Positions 36,299-46,638 are shown, counted from the stretch's first letter. The stretch is 64,000 nucleotides of DNA from Candidatus Latescibacterota bacterium (GCA_965215195.1 CBDCDC010000001.1:480001-544000); one strand, 5' to 3'. Notes: generated by a model not told the origin, from the sequence alone. Translations and numbers: made by a program.

Positions 36299-37441
36299 GT
36301 GATCGCCGATATTGCCGACAAGGTCTATGCCGGGGAGCGCCTCGCGCTCGCTGATGCCCGCCGCCTGTACGCGCACCACAACCTCGCCGAGTTGGGGATG
36401 CTGGCGCATTGGGCGCGCCAGCAGAAACACCCCGAGCCGGTGGTCACCTACAACGTCGGGCGCAACATCAACTACACCAATGTCTGCTGGGTCAAGTGCG
36501 ACTTTTGCGCCTTCTACCGGCCGCCGGGTTCCAGCGAGGGCTACGTCTTGCCCAATGAGCAGATATTTGCCAAAATCGACGAGTTGGTGGCCTTTGGCGG
36601 CTACGAGCCTAAGTCCTGCGAAATTCTGATGCAGGGCGGCCTCAACCCCAAGCTGCGCCTCGATTACTACGAACAGTTGCTCTCGACGATCAGAGACCGC
36701 TATCCCGAGGTGCAGCTACACTGTCTTTCGGCCACGGAAATCATCTACATCGCGCATTTATCGCGGCTGCCGCTAGACGCGACCATTCGCCGCCTGCGCG
36801 ACGCCGGGCTGGATTCGATACCAGGGGCCGGGGCCGAGATTCTCAACGACGAGGTGCGCGACATTATCGGCTTTCGCAAGGACCGCACCGAAGAGTGGCT
36901 GGAAGTGCATCGCGTGGCGCACGGGCTGGGGATGCCCACTACGGCGACGATGATGTACGGCCACGTGGAGACGGTCGAACACCGTCTAGAGCACCTCAAC
37001 CACCTGCGGCAGCTACAGGACGAATGCGGTGGCTTCACCGCCTTTATCGCTTGGAATTTCCAGCCCGACCACACGGACTTGGGCGCGGACGCGACCCGCT
37101 GGAACGGCGCCAAAGCAACTGGGTACGACCACTTGCGCACGGTGGCCGTAGCGCGGCTCTTTCTCGACAATATCCCCAGCCTACAGGCCTCGTGGGTGAC
37201 CCAAGGGCCTAAAATCGCCCAAGTCAGCTTGCGCTACGGCGTCAACGACTTCGGCAGCACCATGCTCGAAGAAAACGTCGTCAGCGCCGCCGGCACCAGC
37301 CACACCAACGAGATGGGCTTGGATGCCATGGAACGGCTAATCCGCGCGGCCGGCTTTGCGCCGCAACGGCGCAACACCCGCTACGAGCCGGTGGCTTCCC
37401 CCTGTCGGATCGACGCTTTGCAAGAGGCCCTCCATTCATGA
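36299..37441 (+). CDS. mqnC: Dehypoxanthine futalosine cyclase (radical SAM)
   Basis: CWVKCDFCAFYR, MQGG, TATMMYGHVE, QASWVTQG, NDFGSTMLEENVV. Confidence 0.9.
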   Translation: MIADIADKVYAGERLALADARRLYAHHNLAELGMLAHWARQQKHPEPVVTYNVGRNINYTNVCWVKCDFCAFYRPPGSSEGYVLPNEQIFAKIDELVAFGGYEPKSCEILMQGGLNPKLRLDYYEQLLSTIRDRYPEVQLHCLSATEIIYIAHLSRLPLDATIRRLRDAGLDSIPGAGAEILNDEVRDIIGFRKDRTEEWLEVHRVAHGLGMPTTATMMYGHVETVEHRLEHLNHLRQLQDECGGFTAFIAWNFQPDHTDLGADATRWNGAKATGYDHLRTVAVARLFLDNIPSLQASWVTQGPKIAQVSLRYGVNDFGSTMLEENVVSAAGTSHTNEMGLDAMERLIRAAGFAPQRRNTRYEPVASPCRIDALQEALHS

Positions 37442-38232
37442 AGCCGCGCTTGGGCGCGGTCCCATACCTCAACACGCGGCCCCTCGTCGTTGCCCTCGAA
37501 TGCGACCCCGCACCTTTCGCATTGAGTTATGCGGTGCCCTCGCGCTGCGCGAGGGAACTGGCGGATGGCACCATTGACGTGGGGATCATTCCCGCGATCG
37601 AATATGCCCGCAACTCTCGCCTCTATTGGATCGTCCCCGAGATAGCCATTGGTTCGCAGGGGCCGGTGCTGACCGTGCGCCTCTTTTGCCGCCGTCCGTT
37701 GCCGCAGATCGAGCGCATAGCCCTCGACACCAGTTCCCGCACTTCAGTGGCTCTGTTGGCCATTCTCCTGCGCGAAAAATTCGCTCTCACCCCGCAATTG
37801 ATCGAAGCTCCGCCCGATCTGGAGGTCATGCTAGCTGCGGCTGACGCGGCCCTGCTCATCGGCGATCAGGTCTTCCCGCACTTGGACGGGGACTTGGAGA
37901 GCTTGGATTTGGGGCGGGAATGGACGGCCATGACCGATCTGCCTTTTGTCTTTGCCTTTTGGGCCGGTCGCCAGCAGGCACTCACACCCGCCCAAGTCCA
38001 ACAATTGCAGTGGGCCAAAGAGCAGGGGTTGTGCCAAGTGCCGTCCATCGCCGCAGCGTACAGTCGAGAATGCGGCGGCCCGCCCGAGTTCTACGAGCGC
38101 TACCTGACCCACCACATCCGCTTTGATTTGGACGAGGCCGCTCAAGCTGGTTTGCGGCTGTTCTATCAACTGGCTCACCGCCACGGCCTGATCGACGCGG
38201 TCCCCCGGCTGCGCTTTTATCCTGCGACCTGA
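37438..38232 (+). CDS. mqnA: Chorismate dehydratase
   Basis: VPYLNTRP, SSRTSV, LLIGD, DLGREW, LPFVFA. Confidence 0.9.
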   Translation: MKPRLGAVPYLNTRPLVVALECDPAPFALSYAVPSRCARELADGTIDVGIIPAIEYARNSRLYWIVPEIAIGSQGPVLTVRLFCRRPLPQIERIALDTSSRTSVALLAILLREKFALTPQLIEAPPDLEVMLAAADAALLIGDQVFPHLDGDLESLDLGREWTAMTDLPFVFAFWAGRQQALTPAQVQQLQWAKEQGLCQVPSIAAAYSRECGGPPEFYERYLTHHIRFDLDEAAQAGLRLFYQLAHRHGLIDAVPRLRFYPAT

Positions 38233-38265
38233 CCTAGGCCGCCTTTGTCGACGAGGAAGGTCGAG

Positions 38266-39153
38266 ATGGCTCTCTTGCAGGCCATTGCGGCGTACGGCCG
38301 CATGATCAAATTCTCCCACAGCGTCTTTGCCCTGCCTTTTGCCTTTAGCGGTGCCTTGCTGGCCGCGACGCACACTGGCATCACTCCGGCTCAGATCGGC
38401 TGGATTGCGCTGGCGATGGTCGGGGCGCGCAGCGCGGCGATGGGTTTTAATCGCCTCGTCGACCGCCACTTCGACGCGGCCAATCCCCGCACCCAAAACC
38501 GCGAACTGCCGCAAGGCGTGGTCTCGCCCCGGGCCGTGGGGGTGTTCGTGGTTCTGTCGGCCTTGGTCCTGGTCCTCGCCGCTCACCAGCTCAACCCGTT
38601 GTGCTTTTACCTGTCGCCGCTGGTTTTGGCCGTGCTCTTGTTCTACTCGCTGACCAAGCGCTTCACTTGGGCCTCCCACTTGGTTCTGGGGCTGAGTTTG
38701 GGCGGGGCACCGCTGGGCGCTTGGATTGCGGTCACCGGTGGCTTTGACCTCATCCCGCTGCTGCTCTGCTCGGGGGTGCTGGTTTGGGTGGCCGGCTTTG
38801 ACATCATCTACGCCTGCGGGGATCGCGCCTTTGACGTCCGGGCCGGGCTCCATTCTATCCCGGTCCGCTTTGGCATTGCCCGCGCCCTGTACATCGCCCG
38901 CGTTTTGCACCTCTTGTTCGTGGTGCTGCTGGTCCTCGTGGGCCGTGCGGCCGGCTTGAGCCTTTTGTATTGGTTGGGCGTAGTAGTGGTCGCCGGCTTG
39001 CTGGTGTACGAGCACCGGCTGGTGCGGACTGACGATCTGTCCCGCCTGAGCACGGCCTTTATGACGGTCAACAGCGCGGTCAGCCTGATCTACTTTGCCG
39101 CGATCTGGGCCGATCTGCTCGTCTTTGGCGAGGGGGAATTGCTGCGCTTTTGA
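38266..39153 (+). CDS. UbiA-like polyprenyltransferase of the futalosine pathway
   Basis: KFSHSVFALPFA, ARSAAMGFNRLVD, NPRT..RELP, YSLTKRF, GFDIIYA. Confidence 0.88.
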   Translation: MALLQAIAAYGRMIKFSHSVFALPFAFSGALLAATHTGITPAQIGWIALAMVGARSAAMGFNRLVDRHFDAANPRTQNRELPQGVVSPRAVGVFVVLSALVLVLAAHQLNPLCFYLSPLVLAVLLFYSLTKRFTWASHLVLGLSLGGAPLGAWIAVTGGFDLIPLLLCSGVLVWVAGFDIIYACGDRAFDVRAGLHSIPVRFGIARALYIARVLHLLFVVLLVLVGRAAGLSLLYWLGVVVVAGLLVYEHRLVRTDDLSRLSTAFMTVNSAVSLIYFAAIWADLLVFGEGELLRF

Positions 39154-39190
39154 TGGGAAATACGAACCAATGCTTCACTGCTCATTCTCA

Positions 39191-40315
39191 TCAAAACGCC
39201 GTCTCGTAAAGCCGCAGGAAGTCCGCTTCTTGCAAGGGAAGCGGATTGAAGGCGCCGGTCCATTGGCCGGCGGCCTCTTGGGCCATAGCGGGTAGATCGC
39301 TTGCGGCGACTTGGCACTCGGCGAGCCGACGCGGTAGCTCCGCCCTAGCGCACAATTCTTCGAGGTGTGCGGCGAGCGCAAGGGTGCCGCCCTTGAGTTG
39401 GATTTCCGCGCAAAGCTCGCCGTATAAATCATCCACCACCAGGCCATTCAAGCGAACCACGTGCGGCAGCATCAGGGCCACGGCGCAACCGTGGGAGAGC
39501 GGGTAGCGGGCAGTGAGGGGGTTGGCGGTGGCGTGGGCCGCGCCGAGCATGGAGTTTTCGATGGCAGTGCCGGCTAGGTGGGCACCTAAAAGCATGGCGG
39601 CGGCGTTTTGGGGATCGGCGACAGCGGCCTCGTAGTGGGGCACTAGCAGCCGATAGGCTTGGCGGGCGAACATCTGCGAGAGGGGCGTGCGGCGGGTGGA
39701 GACGTAGCTTTCAACCGCGTGGGCGAGGGCGTCCATACCCGCGTCGGTGCGCACGCGCTGGGGAGCACTGGCCAGCAGGGTCGGGTCGAGGATGGCGACG
39801 TGGAAGCGCGCTTGGCGGGCACCGCAGGCCATTTTGGTGCCGTTGTCAGCGCAGGTAATCAGGGCGTAGGATTGGGCCTCGCTGCCCGTCCCGGCCGTAG
39901 TGGGGACGCCGATGGAGGGAAGCATGGGCTGGGTGGCTTTGCCGTAGCCTCGGTAGTCCTGCATTTGGCCGCCGTTGGTCAGCAGGAAATTGATGCCCTT
40001 GGCGCAATCCATAGCACTGCCGCCGCCCAAGGCGACGATCAGGTCAATGGGTCCGTGGGCGCGGGCGTGGCGGACGCCGGCGGCTACGTGTTCGGTCGTG
40101 GGGTTTTCCGCTATGGAGGCGAAGGGGGTCGTCGCTAGCCCGGCGCGTTGCAGGGCGCGGCTTGCCCGGTCGGCGAGGCCGGCTTGCACGAGGCCGGGGT
40201 CGGTTACGAGCAAGGCGCGGGGGCCGGCCAATGCACTGGCGAGGTCGCCTAGCTGGTCGAGGATCCCGGCACCAAAGACCACGCGGATGGACGGATCAAA
40301 GTCGAAAGGGGTCAT
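39191..40315 (-). CDS. Iron-containing alcohol dehydrogenase
   Basis: GGGSAMDCAK, PTTAGTGSE, DALAH, GAAHA, HG. Confidence 0.9.
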   Translation of the reverse strand: MTPFDFDPSIRVVFGAGILDQLGDLASALAGPRALLVTDPGLVQAGLADRASRALQRAGLATTPFASIAENPTTEHVAAGVRHARAHGPIDLIVALGGGSAMDCAKGINFLLTNGGQMQDYRGYGKATQPMLPSIGVPTTAGTGSEAQSYALITCADNGTKMACGARQARFHVAILDPTLLASAPQRVRTDAGMDALAHAVESYVSTRRTPLSQMFARQAYRLLVPHYEAAVADPQNAAAMLLGAHLAGTAIENSMLGAAHATANPLTARYPLSHGCAVALMLPHVVRLNGLVVDDLYGELCAEIQLKGGTLALAAHLEELCARAELPRRLAECQVAASDLPAMAQEAAGQWTGAFNPLPLQEADFLRLYETAF

Positions 40316-41709
40316 CCGGCCCAGCACTGCAAGGCGCGCTGCTGGTAGAGGAAGTCGAAGAGGTTGCCCTCGTGCGGTTGCTCCCAAGCGATTTGGTGGG
40401 TGGGGATCGGGCCGAGGTTGAGGCGCTCGATGTGGGGTGCGGCGAGCAGTTGGCGCGTCAGGTGCTCGTCCTCAGTGAGGGCGGTAGCCACCAGCGTCGG
40501 GCCAATGCGTGCGACCACTTCCTCTTGCGGGACTTCGACGACTGCGGCGAAAGGAAAGAGATATTCGGTATTGGCCAGCGGATGTTGCCAGTCGGGAGCG
40601 TGGATCAAGGTCGGGTTGAGGAAGGTGCAGCCGCCGCTCTCGGCGATGCGTTCGCCTTGGCCTCTGGCCGTGTCCTCGGCTGAGTCGCCGAGCTGGACGT
40701 CGATTAGGGCCGAGAGCTGGCGCACTCCTGCGGGATTGGGGAAGGCGGCGATCTGGGCTTGGGGATCGTCGAGGGGACGGGCTTGGATTTGGCTCAGGCA
40801 CTCGCCGAGAGCGGCGGCTATTTCGCGGCCGCGGGCGGGCACCCATACGCCCGAGGCGTTGAGGCAGGAGCGGCCCCCATTGGCGGCGATTGAGGCGACC
40901 ATGAGGTCGAGGTAGTGGTCCCACTGGTCGATTTTGTCCGCGCCGATGATAATCTTGCTGCGCCCCGGTCCGTGTAGCTGGACGCGAGGATCGTCGCGAT
41001 AGGGGGCAACGGTGGGACCGCCGCCAAACAGCAGCGAGCGACCGCAGCCGAGCAGGATTTCCGTGCTGCCGCCGTGGTCGGTTGGGTAGTAGCTCAGGGC
41101 GTAGGGCGGGCAGCCGGCCGCGATCAGGGCTTGGGCGATGCGGTGGGGGGTCCACGGCTCTTCGCGGCCCGGCTTGAGCACCAGCGGGATCTTGAGCGGG
41201 ATGGCCGGCAACCACAGCGCGTGGACGCCGGGCGAATTGCTGGGCAGGACGCAGCCGAGGGCGTGGGCGTGGGGCACAAAGTGGAGCGGGCGTGGGCCAT
41301 CGTCGAGAACGGTCAGGTCCAAGCCGCGGGTCAGGCCGCTGAGCACGGCGGGCATTTCCGTGCCGACGCGGTGGATTTTGTCCATGTTGGCGCGGGCCAG
41401 TGCCTGCGGCAGGCCGGTGGTGGCCGAGACTTGCGCGACATAGTCGTCCGGGGTTTGGCCATCGTCGCCTAAAGGCAGTTCGGCGCGCAAGAAGAGGTCG
41501 GCGGCTCGTTGGCAAATGGCGACCAATTCGGCGACAGTGAGGGCTTGCAGTGCCTGGCGGTTGCGCTCTTGGGCAGCTAAGTCGCGGGCAATCAGGCCGC
41601 GGTTGGCTTGGCTGACTTGAGCTAGGGGTTGGCCGGTGGCGATGTGGGCGACGGCGAGGCGGTCGAGGCTGGCGTAGGGCTGACCGGCGCGGAGGAGGGG
41701 TAGGTGCAT
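40312..41709 (-). CDS. ALDH-fold acyl reductase (GriD/LuxC-like)
   Basis: PSNSPGVH, LKPG, HGPGRSK in place of ELGGK, NGGRSCLN catalytic Cys, EYLFP. Confidence 0.75.
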   Translation of the reverse strand: MHLPLLRAGQPYASLDRLAVAHIATGQPLAQVSQANRGLIARDLAAQERNRQALQALTVAELVAICQRAADLFLRAELPLGDDGQTPDDYVAQVSATTGLPQALARANMDKIHRVGTEMPAVLSGLTRGLDLTVLDDGPRPLHFVPHAHALGCVLPSNSPGVHALWLPAIPLKIPLVLKPGREEPWTPHRIAQALIAAGCPPYALSYYPTDHGGSTEILLGCGRSLLFGGGPTVAPYRDDPRVQLHGPGRSKIIIGADKIDQWDHYLDLMVASIAANGGRSCLNASGVWVPARGREIAAALGECLSQIQARPLDDPQAQIAAFPNPAGVRQLSALIDVQLGDSAEDTARGQGERIAESGGCTFLNPTLIHAPDWQHPLANTEYLFPFAAVVEVPQEEVVARIGPTLVATALTEDEHLTRQLLAAPHIERLNLGPIPTHQIAWEQPHEGNLFDFLYQQRALQCWAG

Positions 41710-41784
41710 GGGTTTGGGTTTCAGATTGGAGTTGGAATGAGCCGTTGTGGTCTATAAGCGTTGAGCGAGCTTAGAACTCACCCC

Positions 41785-42861
41785 TCAGTACACTCCCACC
41801 ACCACCGACTCCTGCAACTCCGTCAGCAGGCGCAGGTCTTTAACCCCATCCCAAGGATACGCATCAATCGGCGCGGCGCGTTCGGCCTCGTCGCGCTCGA
41901 GGAAACGGGGCATGAAAAATTCCTTGGTCAGGGTGGTGAGCATGACTTGGCCGGTCTCGCCGTAGCCGACCTTGCGCGAGGAGTCTTTGGGATCAACCAG
42001 TTCGATGACGGCGCGTGGTTGCGGCGGGTAGTAGGTGATGGCGTATTCGTCAGCCGGATCAAAGGGCTTGGGGCAGGCCAAGCCCATCAGGGTGTTGCCG
42101 TAGGTGGGGACAAAGGCGAGGCCGGGCACCAACTCCTCGCGGGCGAAGCGGTGGAACTGGGCGTTCATTTCCGTGCCGCCGCAGAAGATGCCCTTAACGC
42201 CTAACTTGGGCAGGGAGACTTTTTCGCAGAGGGCTTCGAGGAGGCGGGGGGTGGTGAAGACGCACTGCACGTTGTCGTGGGCTTTGAGGATTTTGAGCGC
42301 CTGATCGACGACGTGGGCCTTGTAGGCTTCGAGTTCGCGCATCTTGCCAGCGCGGATGAGTTCGTTGACCCAGCGCGGATCGAGATCGACCATAAAGCAC
42401 AAGCCGCCGCGGAGTTGGGCCAAGTACTCGATGGCTAGGCGCAGGCGGCGCGGCCCCGAAGGCCCCAGCATCAGCCAGTCGGCCCCCTTGGGAAAACCCG
42501 CCTCGGATAGGCTCTCGCTGTAGAGCGCGTAATCGGTTTGAAAGTCGCGGATGTTGATGCGGTACTTGGGCAAGCCGGTCGAGCCGCCCGTCTCGAAGAC
42601 GTAGATCGGCTCGGCCGCGTAGGCTTTGGGCACCCACTGGCGCACTGGGCCGCCGCGCAGGCACTCGTCCTCAAAGTGGCCGAGCAGGGCCAAGTCGGCA
42701 TAGGAGCGGATTTTCTCGCGCGGGTCAAAGTCGAGCCGCTGTGCGTAGGAGAGCCAAAACGGGCAGCCGGTCGCGGGGCTGAAGTGCCACTCGACGATGG
42801 TGCGGACGTGGGCGTCGAGCCCGGCGCGGGCCGCGGCAATTTTATCGGGGGCGACGCTCAT
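41785..42861 (-). CDS. Short adenylate-forming protein (GriC/EhpF/LuxE-like)
   Basis: ETGGSTGLPK P-loop, GGT, YGNT, ERD. Confidence 0.7.
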   Translation of the reverse strand: MSVAPDKIAAARAGLDAHVRTIVEWHFSPATGCPFWLSYAQRLDFDPREKIRSYADLALLGHFEDECLRGGPVRQWVPKAYAAEPIYVFETGGSTGLPKYRINIRDFQTDYALYSESLSEAGFPKGADWLMLGPSGPRRLRLAIEYLAQLRGGLCFMVDLDPRWVNELIRAGKMRELEAYKAHVVDQALKILKAHDNVQCVFTTPRLLEALCEKVSLPKLGVKGIFCGGTEMNAQFHRFAREELVPGLAFVPTYGNTLMGLACPKPFDPADEYAITYYPPQPRAVIELVDPKDSSRKVGYGETGQVMLTTLTKEFFMPRFLERDEAERAAPIDAYPWDGVKDLRLLTELQESVVVGVY

Positions 42862-44285
42862 TGGCGCTCTTCCGCGATGGCGAAGAGGGTGTTGCGCGAG
42901 GCGATGTACAGCACACCATCGCGGGCGACCGGCGTGGTGTACACGGCACTACCCAGATTGGTTTCCCGTAGTACTTCGAGCGTTTTGCCAGCCTTGAGCA
43001 CATCGACGTCGCCGTCCTCGTCGCCGATATAGACCTTGCCGTCGGCGACAAAGGGCGAGCCCCAGATCGCGGCGAAGGTGTCGTGGGTCCAGTGGTGGGT
43101 GCCGGTCTTGGCGTCGAGGCAATAGACGAAGCCGCTTAGGTCGGCCGCGTAGAGCAGGCCGTCGGCAATGGCGACCGTGGAGATGGTGCGATTGTAGTTT
43201 TCGCCGCCGAAGTGCCAGACTGCGCCCGTCTCGGTGATGTCGCCGGTGCCGCTGGCGTCAATGGCCCACAGGTGCCCTTCGCCTTCGCCGTGCTCGGGGT
43301 CTTGGCCGACGCCGAGATAGACTACTCCGTCGTGAAAAACGGGCGTTGAGACGAGGTTGTTGCGGGTGCCGCGCCCGCCCAATTCCCAGACCGAATCCTT
43401 GGGGTTGCAGTCGAATTTCCAGATCAGCTCGCCGCTGTCGGGCGCGAGGGCATAGACCCAACCGTCGCCGCCGGGGAAGATCACCTGCTTGCGGCCACCA
43501 GCTTCGCCGTAGGCGGGGTTGGACCATTGGCCGTGCAAAATCTGGTCGCCGGGCAGGTCGCTGTCCCAGAGGAGTTGGCCGGTCTGCATGTCGAGGGCGA
43601 TGAAGCTGGGGGCAAAGGGGGCGGGAATGTGGACGTGGCCCTCATCGACTCCGTTGCTGGTCAGGGCGAAGAGGCGACCATCAACGCCCAAGGGCGAACT
43701 GGTGGCGAGGTTGTGGGGGAAGACGTCCAACTCGGCGATCATGTCGAATTTCCAGATCAGATCCGCGTTGGTGGGCGCGGTGGCGGTTTCATCGGCGATG
43801 GGGCCGTCGTTCTCGCCGTCGCGGAAGCCCTCGGTGTCGAGGCATACGACTTCGGCGCGATTGGAGACGTAGTAGAGGCGGTCCCCTTCGACATAAGGGG
43901 TGGAGCAGACGCCCTGCTGCGGCCAGTCGTTGACGCGGCCGGCCGGCAGCTTGGGATGGGCGATTTGCCAGAGGAAGGCTCCGTCCTCTAAGGAAAAGGC
44001 CATGACCACGCCGCGATCGCCCTTGTGGCTGGGATCGCGCTCGGCTTGGTTGTTGGTGCCGACGAAAATTTTGTCGCCGGCGATCAGGGGCCCGGCATAG
44101 GTCTGCGAGCCGAGGGTGGCCCGCCACTTGACGTTTTCGCCGGTCTCGATGTCCCAAGTGGTGGGTAGGTTTTTCTCGTCCGAGGCTTGGTTGCGACTCA
44201 GCGAGCCGCCCCACATCGCGGTTTGGGCACCGGCCGAGGCGGTTAGGACGAGGATGAGGATGAGGCTGCGCGTAGCTGTAGGCAT
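42858..44285 (-). CDS. Secreted PQQ-binding-like beta-propeller protein
   Basis: Signal peptide; repeated G..xW blades, STP/SSP motifs. Confidence 0.85.
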   Translation of the reverse strand: MPTATRSLILILVLTASAGAQTAMWGGSLSRNQASDEKNLPTTWDIETGENVKWRATLGSQTYAGPLIAGDKIFVGTNNQAERDPSHKGDRGVVMAFSLEDGAFLWQIAHPKLPAGRVNDWPQQGVCSTPYVEGDRLYYVSNRAEVVCLDTEGFRDGENDGPIADETATAPTNADLIWKFDMIAELDVFPHNLATSSPLGVDGRLFALTSNGVDEGHVHIPAPFAPSFIALDMQTGQLLWDSDLPGDQILHGQWSNPAYGEAGGRKQVIFPGGDGWVYALAPDSGELIWKFDCNPKDSVWELGGRGTRNNLVSTPVFHDGVVYLGVGQDPEHGEGEGHLWAIDASGTGDITETGAVWHFGGENYNRTISTVAIADGLLYAADLSGFVYCLDAKTGTHHWTHDTFAAIWGSPFVADGKVYIGDEDGDVDVLKAGKTLEVLRETNLGSAVYTTPVARDGVLYIASRNTLFAIAEERQ

Positions 44286-46426
44286 TACCAAACTTTCAGG
44301 TTGTCGTAGTAGATTTCGGCCGGAGAATAGCCGTAGATGCCGGGGCTGCCGCTGAGGTTGGGCAGGGGATCGACCGCTTGGATGCTCCACGCGGTCGGCT
44401 CCGGCTCGCCGCGGGGCCAGACCTTGCCGCGAATACGGGCCTTATCGCCCTCGATTTCCACCTGCATCTTCATGGTGTACCAGACGCCAGTTTCCCAAGC
44501 GAAGGGCACGGTTTGGGCCATCCGCAGCTCGGCGGCCCAAGTGCGGACCTGCAACTGCTGGTGGTAGCCCATTAGGTCGAGGGTGTAGCGATGCGCGATC
44601 AGGCCCATGTCCGGGACGGCGCGGCGCTTCTTGGTGCCGAGCAGGTCGGCTTGGATGGTGTAGCCGGCCATGTCGGGTGCGCCGAGATAGGTGTTGGCGC
44701 GGTGCAGGCCGCGGGCCGCGGGCGGTTTGACCAGCACCTTGTTGCCTTGTACTTCGCGCACCTTGAATTTGCTGCCCGTGCCGACCCAAGCTGGTGAGGC
44801 GTCGGCCGCGAATCCCTCGAAGGCTTCGCTGTAGATCGGCGGCGGCAGCACGGCAACGCGCGCCTCGGCAGCCAATTCACCTGCGCTGGCGACGATTTTG
44901 CCGCCGCTGGGTGCGTCCGCGAGCACGAGCACATTGCCGTCGAGTTGGCCGATCGGACCAGCGAGTGTCCATTCGGCCGCAACCGGGCCGATCAGGCGGC
45001 CCTGCGCGTCGAAGGCCCGGGCGCGCAACGACACGCGAGCCCCGGGCTGGGTTACTACTTCAGCGGGGATGATTTGCAGGTGCGCCGGGATTGCGCTTGG
45101 GGGAGCTTGCTCGCGTGGGTAGTTGGCTGCGGTCGCTGCGACCTTGAACGGAGCCTCTGGGTCGCCGAGGCAGTAAACGCCAGCTTCGGTGGAAAGGTAG
45201 ATGCGGCCGTAGGCTACGGCCGGCGAGCCGAACAGCTCGGCTGGGCGGCCGTCGGGCATGGCGATCTCGGCGAGGTTGAGGGTCTGGGCTTGGTCGCGGC
45301 CGGGAGCGACGATGGCGAAGCGACCGTTGACCTCTGGTGCGTAGAGCCGGCCGTCGGCCCACACGGGCGATCCCTTGCCGACGGTGCCGATGTTGTGGAC
45401 CCAGTGTACTTGGCCGCTGGCGGCGTCGAGCGCGTGGATGTTGGCCGAGTTGTCGATGATGTACAAGCGACCGTCGTAAAAGACCGGGCTGCTGTAACCG
45501 GCGAAGACGCCGTCGTAGCGCCAGACTTCGCGGCCGGTGGCGTCGATGCACACGACGCGGCCGAGGGCGGTGTTGTCGAGGTTTTCTTCGCTGTGGGCCG
45601 CGTACACCTTGTCGCCAGCGACGACGACCGAGGAGTTGATGCCGCGCCGACTGAGCGCAAAGCCCCACACCGTCTCGCCCGTGCGGATTTTCAGGGCATA
45701 GATGGAGCCGTCGGCGTTGCCGGCGATGAGCAGGCGCACGCCGTTGATGGTGGCGACGACGGGTACTGAGTACGTGGTGTCGAGGGGCCGGCCCCCCGGG
45801 GTGGCGATCCAGACGACTTCGCCGCTGCGCTTGTCAAAGGCGAAGTAGCGATGGCGGCCCGGGGTGTGGCTGCCCCAATTGGAGCTGAGGTAGCTGATGA
45901 TGACGAGGTCTTCATCGACGACGGGCGTGTGGATGCGGCCGCCGTAGCCGGAGATGCGCCCGAACTCCTCGGTCAGCGAGCGCGACCAGACGACCTTGCC
46001 ATCGCGGTCGAAGCAAAAGAACAGCCCGCTGACGGTGTGGCCATAGACATAGCCGGTCTCTGGGTCGCCAGCGAGGCTGGCCCAGCCGACGCGGTTGAAG
46101 GGGATGGTGGTGTGGAAGATGTTGTAGGCGTACTCCCACAGCGGGGTGCCGTCTTGGGCGTCAAAAGCGGCGACGACGCCTTCCTCCGCGATGCCCTCGC
46201 CGCGCCGGCCAATGACAAAGACCCGGCCATTGAGGACGATGGGGGTCGAGCGGCCGGTGAATGCGGCGTGCCAGATAGGCGACCAAGATGCGACGAGGCC
46301 GGTCTCTTCGGAGACGCCGTTTTGCGCTGGGCCGCGCCAAGAGGGCCAGTCGGCTGGGTAGGCGCTGGAAGTGGCGAACAGGAGGCCAAGAAGGGCGTAG
46401 GGAAGTTGCAAGCGGAGGTTGGACAC
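44285..46426 (-). CDS. Secreted PQQ-like beta-propeller with probable C-terminal Ig-like and ConA/lectin-like domains
   Basis: ADWPSWRGP start, propeller blades, C-terminal WYTMKM..RGKVW..EP..W..PGIYG. Confidence 0.8.
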   Translation of the reverse strand: MSNLRLQLPYALLGLLFATSSAYPADWPSWRGPAQNGVSEETGLVASWSPIWHAAFTGRSTPIVLNGRVFVIGRRGEGIAEEGVVAAFDAQDGTPLWEYAYNIFHTTIPFNRVGWASLAGDPETGYVYGHTVSGLFFCFDRDGKVVWSRSLTEEFGRISGYGGRIHTPVVDEDLVIISYLSSNWGSHTPGRHRYFAFDKRSGEVVWIATPGGRPLDTTYSVPVVATINGVRLLIAGNADGSIYALKIRTGETVWGFALSRRGINSSVVVAGDKVYAAHSEENLDNTALGRVVCIDATGREVWRYDGVFAGYSSPVFYDGRLYIIDNSANIHALDAASGQVHWVHNIGTVGKGSPVWADGRLYAPEVNGRFAIVAPGRDQAQTLNLAEIAMPDGRPAELFGSPAVAYGRIYLSTEAGVYCLGDPEAPFKVAATAANYPREQAPPSAIPAHLQIIPAEVVTQPGARVSLRARAFDAQGRLIGPVAAEWTLAGPIGQLDGNVLVLADAPSGGKIVASAGELAAEARVAVLPPPIYSEAFEGFAADASPAWVGTGSKFKVREVQGNKVLVKPPAARGLHRANTYLGAPDMAGYTIQADLLGTKKRRAVPDMGLIAHRYTLDLMGYHQQLQVRTWAAELRMAQTVPFAWETGVWYTMKMQVEIEGDKARIRGKVWPRGEPEPTAWSIQAVDPLPNLSGSPGIYGYSPAEIYYDNLKVW

Positions 46427-46638
46427 GGCTAGTCCTTGGTAGAGCGGGAATGGAGGTTAAACATTTAGGTACGCCCGGGTGCCTTGGATTGTAGGAAATA
46501 ACGATCGTTACCCACGAGGAGCACCAACGTCTGAACGATGCCTAACATTAGGTACATAAAAAGGCTGCCAATCCTTGTCAATTAGCGGCCCGGTGTGCAA
46601 CTTGTCCGAGTCCATTCAAATAGGAGGATTTAGAAGCT

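Noticed and set aside
37831-39015. 394-aa minus-strand ORF
   Set aside because: Antisense to mqnA/ubiA; no recognisable motifs
40312-42861. Bioluminescence lux operon
   Set aside because: No luxA, luxB or luxD; motifs fit the GriC/GriD type better
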